64,000 nt of DNA, taken from the NCBI GenBank assembly GCA_013336275.1, contig JAAXUA010000003.1, positions 130,698 to 194,697 on the forward strand. The letters are read 5' to 3'. The translations under genes were made by a program, and so were the position numbers. The DNA is from Candidatus Falkowbacteria bacterium (lineage in GTDB: Bacteria > Patescibacteriota > Patescibacteriia > Patescibacteriales > GWE2-39-37). Below are positions 47,101 through 54,261 of the stretch, piece after piece (position 1 is the first letter of the stretch; each line of letters opens with the position of its first letter). Under the pieces are notes generated by a model, which was not told where the DNA came from, made no database searches, and saw only the letters and a program-made list of their open reading frames with translations.

Positions 47101-49518
47101 TTGAGCTCATTATATTCAGACATCATGGCTTATCCCAACTCCTTGTCCACTCGCTATGTTATCGATTATCGGAACGGCGCGGAGAAGGGTGGTTGTTTCG
47201 TCGCTGGCACGGAAATCAACCTCGCCGATGGTACGAAGAAGAAAATAGAGGAGCTGCGAGTCGGCGATGAAGTGTCGACTTTCGAAAAAGATAATTCTCC
47301 TACCAGAGCCAAGAGCGTGATCCAGGGCATATCATCACATTTGGTTGATGGCTACCTCGTGATCAACGGTCAGCTGAAAGTTACGCCTGAACACAAGATC
47401 ATGGTCAGCGGAGAATGGAAAATGGCCGGTGCCGCCAGGGTGGGAGATCTCTTGGCCAATGATCAGGGTGAGTCTGAGAAAATCAGCGAAATAAGATATG
47501 TCGGATCCAGGAATGCCAGGGTTTATAATATTATCGTCGGACGATACCACACCTATTTCGCTCAGGGTTATTATGTCCATAATGCCGAAAAGGGCGGCGG
47601 CGGGGATGTCAGGAATTTTTTCGAGGACACGCCGCTGTATAAGCAGATAGAGTCGGATGACAATGGCCAGCTCAAAGCCTCGTTCAGGGTACCGGACAAT
47701 CTGACTAGCTGGAGAGTTTCTGTTAACGCCTATAGTCCGGAAAGCTTTAGCGCTGGCAGCCAAGACAAGCTCATTCCTGTTGGATTACCGCTGTTTGCCG
47801 ATGCCGTGGCGGCCAGAAAGTATCTGACGGGCGACTCGCCCATCATTAAAGTCAGAGCTTTCGGCACCGAGTATAAGAAAAATGAGCCGATTGAGTTCAG
47901 CGTGACGAGCGATAGCTTGAAATTGCAATTCGCGACCACGACCAGCTTGAACGAAGTGGCGGTGAGTCTTGGCCGTCTGCCCAAGGGAAGACATAGCCTG
48001 ATTCTCCGGGTCAAGCAGGGAGAGCTCAAGGATGCTTTGGAAAAGAAATTCGAAGTCATAGATAATTATTTCAAGGAATTGAAGACCGATAGCCGGCTGA
48101 TTACCGATGGCCAGGCCGGGCTTAAGGGGAATAGCGGCAGTTTCACTGACATTGTTTTCGTCGATGAAGGCAAAGGCAAATTCTTCGAAAGGCTTTTGGG
48201 ACTCAACTGGCAATCAAGCGTACGTTCCGACATTCAATCGGCATCATATCTGGCGGCCAAGACTTTGGATGAATATTTCTATGGAGGTGAAAAAAAATTC
48301 AGCCAAGAGATCAGCTTAGCCGGTTATCAGTCCCGTGAAAACGGGTCAGGTCCGCTGGCAGTTTTCCCCTACAGCAAGCCTAATCTGGCCTTGACCGCGG
48401 AGATCGCTGATGCCATGCCGGAATCATTCGACAATTCATGGGCGATAAACGGCCTAGAAGCGCGATTACGCGAGCAGAAGCTTGATGATAAAGAGACGGC
48501 TCAAGCGCTTTGGGCGCTAGCGGCCCTGGATAGGCCGCAGCTGCCGCTGATTAACTACCTTAAGGATAGTGCCAGCACCTCGCTGGAAGCCAAGGTTTAT
48601 CTGGCCTTGGCCCTGAGCCGAGTGGGCGACGTTGAAGGTGCCCGCGCCTTGTATTTTGATCAGCTGCTTCCGCAGACGAAAGCTGACGGAGGACAAGCGC
48701 ATTTAGAGGTTTCTGCCGTCAAAGAGAAGAACGTCAAAGTTACCGCGATCTTCGGCGTTCTGGTATCGCGCATGGAAGCTGGTATGGACGGCAATAATCT
48801 GAAGTCGATCATGAACTACCTCTCAGCCAATCAGCCTAAAGATGACACGATAACGCTCGAGGAGGCCATGATCACGAGAAGTGAGATCGCTAAGGCCGAT
48901 CAATCTGACAGCTCCCTCGATTTCCGGACGTCAGACCGTAACGGTAAGATTGATTTGAGCAAGGGGCAGTCGTTCCAGCTGACTATTTCCGAACAAGAGA
49001 TGCAAACATTGTCTTTTAGCAATATCAAAGGATCGGCCAGAGCGATCAGTTATTACGAGGATTATGCTGACCCGGCCAAAATGACGACCAGCAAGTCGGT
49101 CAGCGTTGAGCGGCAGTACTTGGTCAATGGCAAAGAGGCGACCGAGTTCAATGAAGGTGATCTTATCACGATCCGCTTGACGCCTCGTCTTTCGGCCGAA
49201 GCTCCCGACGATTCCTATCAGCTGGTTGAGTATCTGCCGTCAGTATTCAAACCCATCGTCCGCGATTATAGCCCGGACATGCAGACCGGCAGCAATTGCG
49301 ATCCGATCTGGTATCCGGTAAGGACGACCGACGAGGCCGTATATTTCAGCATCGGCAAATGGTTCCAGTCGTCGAATGTTTGCCAGCAACGGACAATCAA
49401 TTTCCGCGCCAGGGCTATCGGCAAAGGAAGCTTCAAAGCGCAGCCAGCAGCGATACAGTCTTTGAATGATGTGGGCATAATGAACTTGTCGAAAGAGAGG
49501 ACCGTTATAGTCAAGTAA
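44116..49518 (+). CDS. Alpha-2-macroglobulin-like surface protein (TM anchor, Ig-like and MG domains) containing a Hint domain
   Basis: TDR..YR..DTV, FEKP, Y.PRE, AAVDESLF and VR..F.DT...VPDNLTSWRV A2M-type motifs; C-terminal YLPS and ARA...G.F...PA; no CxEQ thioester. Confidence 0.88.
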   Translation: MFLKDQEVQQVSGVTPQESVAKTPNFKKIIVAALACLVVAGAGLAAFSFLSSQNDATGKLKLSLSVKGADLNGIEKGAAFILSSNKKLSAGEIEKNLKFDPQVKFEAKEKKSLLTSLVNSVLAASQGGAFNNEYELTPKEELSDGVIYKIQTATGTEMQLDHDYSWAFNVKEDFDIDESLPNNEATGVPVNTGIEVTMNRLDIGSDAGKYFAIEPSIKGRFEVGINKITFVPEGDLKEKTLYKVTIKKGYQAGEKNEELMEDKSFSFETATGDSGAYAPSMSWGNDYFELSTDKEGFLEASGDATTSEAVFSRYADTAGFLKDFYDYRDRMYGWSNFNKEPFKPGSGVQEVAKFRPELLKRAEGDSYGLIKLPRKLDAGFYVAKLSVGDDTDYAFIRVSPLAYYYSEINGDGLIWAYDFANKKPFASVRVSLLDKAGTEKQLGQTDNDGLLKFDSSSDKDDNSGTTLLFKGEGVGETVAPDAGRIMQKRRNYFQGYLNTDRYAYRLTDTVHFWGVVKGRSFDLRQKKVKVRLDDYIEKEVMVSPFDTIEGQLDFAGLPSGYHNLVVSYDDETITQSGIEVFSFEKPLYKIEVVPEKSFSVTDVPVKAKVKVNFFDGTPVKNMDLNYSIYWRGDNNGTVRTNDQGEAELSYTPGYYFEETSDQYSDSWTTYPNSLRFSVKPQLPEEGEIWGEAYVSIYAPKVYLQSEASEKGNALVFKSKANDLELATSSEENMIGRPAVGIKVLAKVVRYYYEERPDGEYYDPIEKVKIKKFVYELKKETVKEAEGTSDQKGEWSVEVDKKEIKKFGYLKTIFSTQDSNGKKVMSSAQSYNYYPNDNSALNLENADLEKTPGISYKIGDKVNLRVVMTGTKKPVDDRTLIISFQERLRDAKLVSKPEFSEDFSAEHLPSMTYMAVKMMPSGFIESYYITASYKDEENKLSVEIAPNKERYKPREDINLDITIKNKSDQGVKAVANVAAVDESLFSVTPWGYGGEILSSLYSDIMAYPNSLSTRYVIDYRNGAEKGGCFVAGTEINLADGTKKKIEELRVGDEVSTFEKDNSPTRAKSVIQGISSHLVDGYLVINGQLKVTPEHKIMVSGEWKMAGAARVGDLLANDQGESEKISEIRYVGSRNARVYNIIVGRYHTYFAQGYYVHNAEKGGGGDVRNFFEDTPLYKQIESDDNGQLKASFRVPDNLTSWRVSVNAYSPESFSAGSQDKLIPVGLPLFADAVAARKYLTGDSPIIKVRAFGTEYKKNEPIEFSVTSDSLKLQFATTTSLNEVAVSLGRLPKGRHSLILRVKQGELKDALEKKFEVIDNYFKELKTDSRLITDGQAGLKGNSGSFTDIVFVDEGKGKFFERLLGLNWQSSVRSDIQSASYLAAKTLDEYFYGGEKKFSQEISLAGYQSRENGSGPLAVFPYSKPNLALTAEIADAMPESFDNSWAINGLEARLREQKLDDKETAQALWALAALDRPQLPLINYLKDSASTSLEAKVYLALALSRVGDVEGARALYFDQLLPQTKADGGQAHLEVSAVKEKNVKVTAIFGVLVSRMEAGMDGNNLKSIMNYLSANQPKDDTITLEEAMITRSEIAKADQSDSSLDFRTSDRNGKIDLSKGQSFQLTISEQEMQTLSFSNIKGSARAISYYEDYADPAKMTTSKSVSVERQYLVNGKEATEFNEGDLITIRLTPRLSAEAPDDSYQLVEYLPSVFKPIVRDYSPDMQTGSNCDPIWYPVRTTDEAVYFSIGKWFQSSNVCQQRTINFRARAIGKGSFKAQPAAIQSLNDVGIMNLSKERTVIVK
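47194..47583 (+). other. Hint (intein/BIL-like) domain, 130 aa, aa 1027-1156 of the A2M-like protein
   Basis: Block A CFVAGTEINLADG, block B VTPEH, block F VYNIIV...HTYFA, block G VHN; no homing endonuclease; the +1 residue is Ala. Confidence 0.92.
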
Positions 49519-50340
49519 ATGAGTATCAAGAAAATTGCGCTACTGTCTCTGGTTTTTATTCTTGCCGCCGAGCCTAGCTTCGCTGGCGCCAGTTTATCTT
49601 ACGAATACAGGGAGTACAAAAGTTTGGTCGGACGGCAGAAGAACACCGGCTACAGCCTCCGCACTAAGACACCTTTTATCGGCGTTGTTTCCCACCACTT
49701 GCCTACGGCCTCCCCTTTAATAGATAATTTTTACTATCAGCTCAGAAAGGGGCGCCCCAACATCAAAACTTTCGTCGTAATCGGCCCGGATCATTCTGAG
49801 CGGTGCCGGCAGAAATTTAGCGTCAGTGATTCCAACGTTTCCACCATGTATGGCGAGTTGCAGTCTGATAAGCGAGTCTTTCAGGCCCTGCTGTCGGCAG
49901 GAGCAAAAAGCGAAGCGGGGTGTTTCGAGGGCGAACATTCAATCGGAATCCAAGCTAACTACATCCGCAAATTTTTTCCGACAGCGAAAATCGTGCCGAT
50001 CCTGTTATCATACTCAGCCAAGCAGCGTGATTTTGAGATATTGATAGAGACATTAAAAAAAAATCGGGCCGACATTTTCGTCTTGGCCAGCGTTGACTTC
50101 AGCCACTATCTAGAGGCAAGGCAGGCAGATGCAGTCGATGCAGTCAGCCGGAAGATGATCAACGCTCTTGATGGCTCATCTTTTACTCTGAAGCAGATCG
50201 ACTCGCCAGCAACAATCAAGATAATCTTGGGGCTGGCTAAAAAGCTCCAATTAAAGCCGGAAATTATCGAACATAGGAACTCGTTTGATTATAACGGCGC
50301 GTACAAGAATACGACCAGCTATTTTTCGATTTTGTTCTAA
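49519..50340 (+). CDS. MEMO1/AmmeMemoRadiSam protein B-like, with signal peptide
   Basis: HH, IGPDH, EHSI, KIVPI, ASVDFSHY, ID and TTSY; signal-like N-terminus; abuts the A2M stop. Confidence 0.85.
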   Translation: MSIKKIALLSLVFILAAEPSFAGASLSYEYREYKSLVGRQKNTGYSLRTKTPFIGVVSHHLPTASPLIDNFYYQLRKGRPNIKTFVVIGPDHSERCRQKFSVSDSNVSTMYGELQSDKRVFQALLSAGAKSEAGCFEGEHSIGIQANYIRKFFPTAKIVPILLSYSAKQRDFEILIETLKKNRADIFVLASVDFSHYLEARQADAVDAVSRKMINALDGSSFTLKQIDSPATIKIILGLAKKLQLKPEIIEHRNSFDYNGAYKNTTSYFSILF

Positions 50341-50415
50341 AGCCGCTGGCTCGGGGTCTTTTATAGACAAATTTAAATTTGTTCGCTATTATTACGTCAT
50401 AATACTAAACTGATT

Positions 50416-50976
50416 ATGAAAAGAACTTGGCGTAGGCCGCAAAAAAAGGATGAAGGGAAGCTATTTCGGGCGAATCAGCAGATTCGCGCTTTTGAATTGA
50501 TGGTAATCGATGAAAATGGCGAAAATTTAGGAAAAATGGACACTCGCGATGCTTTGCGCTTAGCCGAGGAAGCTGGCTTGGATTTGGTTGAGGTGAATCC
50601 TCTGGCCAACCCGCCGATTGCTAAGATTTTGGATTATGGACAATTCAAATATGAGAAAGAAAAGCAGGCCCATAAGAAAAAAGTCCAGCAGAAAAAGGTT
50701 GAAATCAAAGGCATCCGCCTAACAGTACGTATCAGTCAGAATGATTTTAATTTCAAACTGGAGCAGGCTAAGGGATTTTTGGAAAAAGGGAATAAGCTTA
50801 AGATTGAATTGATGTTGCGTGGCCGGGAAAGACAGCACCCAGAAAAGGCGGTCGAGAATATTCAGAACTTTATTGTCGAATTGGAAAAAGACGAGAGGTT
50901 TAAGCTGGTGCGGGAGCAGGACTTGACAAGAAAAGGTTCTGGGTTTATTATAATACTGTTTAATAAGACCGTTTAG
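50416..50976 (+). CDS. infC: Translation initiation factor IF-3
   Basis: N.QIR, A...GLDLVEV.P.A.PPIAKILDYG.FKYE and RGRE. Confidence 0.96.
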   Translation: MKRTWRRPQKKDEGKLFRANQQIRAFELMVIDENGENLGKMDTRDALRLAEEAGLDLVEVNPLANPPIAKILDYGQFKYEKEKQAHKKKVQQKKVEIKGIRLTVRISQNDFNFKLEQAKGFLEKGNKLKIELMLRGRERQHPEKAVENIQNFIVELEKDERFKLVREQDLTRKGSGFIIILFNKTV

Positions 50977-51037
50977 GTATTGTCTAAACCAGGGTATAGT
51001 CCTGTTTTTTTATTTAAAAAAAGCCAAAATAGTTTGT

Positions 51038-51232
51038 ATGCCGAAGATTAAGACCCACAAAGCAACTGCAAAGCGCTTTACAATCACTAAAACTAGCAAA
51101 ATTATCCACCGTAAGCCTGGCCAGGATCACTACAATGCCAGAGAAAACGGTTCAACGGGCACCAAGAAGAAGCGCGACATCAACGCTAACCCGGCTTATG
51201 TCAAGACGATTCACGCCTTGACGCAGAAATAG
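51038..51232 (+). CDS. rpmI: 50S ribosomal protein L35
   Basis: MPKIKTHKATAKRF; lies between infC and rplT. Confidence 0.95.
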   Translation: MPKIKTHKATAKRFTITKTSKIIHRKPGQDHYNARENGSTGTKKKRDINANPAYVKTIHALTQK

Positions 51233-51282
51233 TCTAGTATTGTCTAATATTAGTATTTATTATTTAGAAATTTTTTACCGAT

Positions 51283-51630
51283 ATGCCAAGAGTTAAACGA
51301 GGAACTACACACATCAAGAAACGCCGAAAACTGTTAGCCAAGACTAAGGGCTACATGTGGGGTCGCAAGAACCTTATTAAGGCTGCAAAAACCGCCGTAC
51401 TTAAGGCTGGTGTTCATGCCTTTGTCGATCGCCGCAAAAAGAAACGCGTTAACCGCGGACTTTGGCAGATCAAGATCAGCGCTTTTGTCAAAGAGCATGG
51501 CGTAAGCTATTCTCGCTTCATCGATGCTCTTAAGAAGAGCCAGGTAGAATTGGACAGGAAGGTTTTGGCCGATTTGGCTGTAAGCAACAAAGAAGTTTTG
51601 GCCAAAATTTTAGCTGAGGTCAAAAAGTAA
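51283..51630 (+). CDS. rplT: 50S ribosomal protein L20
   Basis: MPRVKRG, KGY.GR, DRRKKKR, SYSRFI..L and LDRKVLA.LA. Confidence 0.97.
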   Translation: MPRVKRGTTHIKKRRKLLAKTKGYMWGRKNLIKAAKTAVLKAGVHAFVDRRKKKRVNRGLWQIKISAFVKEHGVSYSRFIDALKKSQVELDRKVLADLAVSNKEVLAKILAEVKK

Positions 51631-51666
51631 TTTTGACAAACAGTTTAAAAAATGCTATAGTTTATT

Positions 51667-51894
51667 ATGAATTTGATCAGACTTATCCAAATAGCTCAGA
51701 TTGTCCTTGCCGTCTTATTGATGGTGGCAATCCTGCTTCAAAGTCGCGGTACCGGCTTGTCAGGCATTTTTGGTGGCGCTAGCAGCATTTACCGCACTAA
51801 GCGTGGCATAGAAAAAACTCTATTTTATTCTACTATCGTTTTAGCGGTTCTATTTTTCGGAACCGCACTTGCCACTCTTTTCTTGAAAAAATAA
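51667..51894 (+). CDS. secG: Preprotein translocase subunit SecG
   Basis: ILLQSRGTGLSGIFGG...RG.EK.L...T; two TM segments. TTGACA-17 nt-TATAGT ends 5 nt before the ATG (leaderless). Confidence 0.92.
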   Translation: MNLIRLIQIAQIVLAVLLMVAILLQSRGTGLSGIFGGASSIYRTKRGIEKTLFYSTIVLAVLFFGTALATLFLKK

Positions 51895-51911
51895 CTTATT
51901 TTATTTAAGTT

Positions 51912-53885
51912 GTGGCCAAGAACTCGTTTAATTTTAGGCATCGTACGAGTAAGCTGCTTTATTCTATAAAGCGGTTTTGGTCTGCAACCGTCGGTTTAGT
52001 GGGCGGTCTTTTAAGGAAAAAAGGTGAAATCCGGACGGAAAATGATCAAAAACGTTCGGCTGATTTGGACAAGAAGCTGGTTTATTCGATGGCACCGGCG
52101 CGCATTCCCAGTCTAGCCCAGCTGAAGTATATTGAAAATTTTTTGAATCCCCGCGAGCGCTTGGTGTGGCGCATATCCACTTCAGTGTTTGTCATTTCCT
52201 TATTGGTTTTCGGTGCAAGCTTTGTAAATAAACACCTTGAAACTCTGCCTGTAGCTGGCGGAACTTACACCGAGGGGGTGGTCGGTTTGCCGAAATATAT
52301 CAACCCGCTTTATTCGGTCGTCAATGATGTTGATGCGGATTTAAGCCAGCTGGTTTATTCTTCCTTGTTCAAACGCAACAACCAGGGACAGCTGACTGCC
52401 GACTTAGTGCAAAGCTACCAGGCTGCGCCCGATGGCAAAAGTTACCTTTTGAAGCTTAGGGAGAATGTGGTTTGGCATAATGGCGACAAATTCAAAGTCG
52501 ATGACGTTATTTTTACTTTTAACGCCATCAAAGATCCTTTGTATAAGTCACCATTGCGCCAAAGCTTCAGCGGGGTTGCCTTGGAAAAAATCGATGACTC
52601 GACTGTCCGCTTCTCATTGTCGCAGCCTTATGCCGGATTTCTCGATTTGCTGACCTTCGGTATCTTGTCACAAGCACTCTGGTATCAGATCCCACCCAAT
52701 TCGGTCAGTTTAGCTGAACTGAATCTGAAGCCGATCGGCACCGGCCCCTACATGTTCAAGTCATTGGTTAAAGATAGGAACGGAAATCTGATTTCATATC
52801 ACCTAGAGGCTAACCCGGAATATTATGGCGGCAGTGTCCACATCCAGGATTGGCAATTCAAGTTCTACCCATCTTTCGAGGAATTGATTGCGAAACTGAG
52901 TGATGGTTCCGTCGATGGCGCAAGCTATCTGCCCAACAACCTGTTCACTGATATTTCTGGCAAGACCTTTTTGGATTATAATCAGATCTCCTTGCCTCAG
53001 GCCATGGCGGTGTTTTTCAATCTGAAAGCCAACCCAGCCCTAACTGATCAGAAGGTTAGGCAGGCACTGTCACTCGCCATTAACAAGCAAGAATTGATTG
53101 ACAAGAGCCTGTTCGGCAACGCCAAGCTGATTGACGGTCCGATATCGTCGGACAATTTCGCCTTCAACCCGGACCAGAAAAAATATCAATTTGATCAGGC
53201 AGGAGCGACAAAGCTGTTGTCGGAGGCTGGATATCAGGCTGTAGAGATAAATAAGGACAAGATTGCCCAGGCGGAAAAAGACAAAACAAGCGCAGACAAG
53301 AAAGTGAAGGATGCGGCCGAAAGCATATTGGCTCTGGGCGAGGGGCGTTGGATGGCCAAGAATGGCAGTTATCTGGTAATCAGGTTGACCAGCGTCGATG
53401 CTGGCGACAATGCGGCTGTTCTTGACGCGATTAAGAATTATTGGCAGGGTATCGGAGTTAAGACGGCTATAGAGCTGGTAGCACCGAACCAGATACAATT
53501 TGAGGTCGTACGCAATCGGAATTTCGAGAGCTTGTTCTATGGCGAAATGCTCGGTGCCGACCCGGATATTTATCCGTTCTGGCACACTTCCCAGGCTACC
53601 AGCCAGGGTTTAAACCTGACCGGGTATAGCAACAGGGAGGTAGACAAACTGCTTGAGGAGGCCAGAGTAAATGCCAACCAGTCGCAAAGAGCCGAGGCCT
53701 ACAAGAAGGTTCAGGCAATTTTGGCAGAAGAGGAGCCGGCCATTTTCCTGTATTCGCCAGTATATAGTTATATCCAAAAAAAGACAGTTAAGAACATGAA
53801 TGTTGCCACGATTATCGTGCCAAGCGATCGCTTGGCCAACGTTAATGAGTGGTACATTAAGACCAGTCGAAGGTTTAAGTGGTAA
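51912..53885 (+). CDS. Family 5 (peptide/nickel) ABC substrate-binding protein, membrane-anchored
   Basis: GGT..EG, INP, WHNG.....DDV.FT, PIGTGPY, VRQALSLAINK and PD.YP.WH. Confidence 0.9.
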   Translation: MAKNSFNFRHRTSKLLYSIKRFWSATVGLVGGLLRKKGEIRTENDQKRSADLDKKLVYSMAPARIPSLAQLKYIENFLNPRERLVWRISTSVFVISLLVFGASFVNKHLETLPVAGGTYTEGVVGLPKYINPLYSVVNDVDADLSQLVYSSLFKRNNQGQLTADLVQSYQAAPDGKSYLLKLRENVVWHNGDKFKVDDVIFTFNAIKDPLYKSPLRQSFSGVALEKIDDSTVRFSLSQPYAGFLDLLTFGILSQALWYQIPPNSVSLAELNLKPIGTGPYMFKSLVKDRNGNLISYHLEANPEYYGGSVHIQDWQFKFYPSFEELIAKLSDGSVDGASYLPNNLFTDISGKTFLDYNQISLPQAMAVFFNLKANPALTDQKVRQALSLAINKQELIDKSLFGNAKLIDGPISSDNFAFNPDQKKYQFDQAGATKLLSEAGYQAVEINKDKIAQAEKDKTSADKKVKDAAESILALGEGRWMAKNGSYLVIRLTSVDAGDNAAVLDAIKNYWQGIGVKTAIELVAPNQIQFEVVRNRNFESLFYGEMLGADPDIYPFWHTSQATSQGLNLTGYSNREVDKLLEEARVNANQSQRAEAYKKVQAILAEEEPAIFLYSPVYSYIQKKTVKNMNVATIIVPSDRLANVNEWYIKTSRRFKW

Positions 53886-53918
53886 TTTTACATTAGTTAC
53901 AATAGAGTAAAATAATAA

Positions 53919-53979
53919 GCCGAGGTGGTGAAACCTGCCTGCCGGCAGGCAGGTTGGTATACACGCATGAACATGCGTG
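53919..53979 (+). pseudogene. Truncated 5' duplicate of tRNA-Leu(CAG) with a 20-bp palindrome in the D-loop, ending in a fold-back
   Basis: GCCGAGGTGGTGAAA-[CCTGCCTGCCGGCAGGCAGG]-TTGGTATACACGCATG, then AACATGCGTG. About 22 bp of upstream flank is also duplicated. Confidence 0.85.
53934..53953. repeat. 20-bp perfect palindrome CCTGCCTGCCGGCAGGCAGG (copy 2)
   Basis: Identical to 41461-41480. Confidence 0.95.
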
Positions 53980-54027
53980 CCCGGGGTACTTGGAAAAACA
54001 ATATTTTACAATAGAATAAAATAATAA

Positions 54028-54111
54028 GCCGAGGTGGTGAAATTGGTATACACGCATGCTTCAGGTGCATGTGGGGGCAACCCCGTGGAGGTTCAAGTCC
54101 TCTTCTCGGCA
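54028..54111 (+). tRNA. tRNA-Leu(CAG), intact copy
   Basis: GCCGAGGTGGTGAAATTGGTATACACGCATGCTTCAGGTGCATG, variable arm GGGGCAACCCC, GGTTCAAGTCCTCTTCTCGGCA. Confidence 0.93.
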
Positions 54112-54261
54112 CAATCAGATTTCAGTAAGAAATCTCCTACTAAATTAATAAGGAGTACGCAAGGACTCTTGGTCGGCGCGCTTAGCGCCGCTTTGAACTC
54201 TCGCATCGGCTCAACCGATGCAATTTTTCCGGACAATGATCCGGAGCTACTCATCAAATCT

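Noticed and set aside
47194..47583. Canonical selfish intein with homing endonuclease
   Set aside because: It is only 130 aa with no endonuclease, the +1 residue is Ala, and the host is an extracytoplasmic protein. It is better treated as a BIL-like Hint domain.
49375..49392. VCQQ as the A2M thioester motif
   Set aside because: It is not CxEQ and lies in the extreme C-terminal domain; more likely a disulfide with the nearby NCD Cys.
50413..50418. Atypical infC start codon
   Set aside because: An in-frame ATT directly precedes the ATG, so either could be used; this cannot be decided from sequence.
54034..54261. N-terminal extension of RNase J in the ORF track, and the antisense ORF 53897-54112
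   Set aside because: Both overlap tRNA-Leu(CAG) and are spurious.
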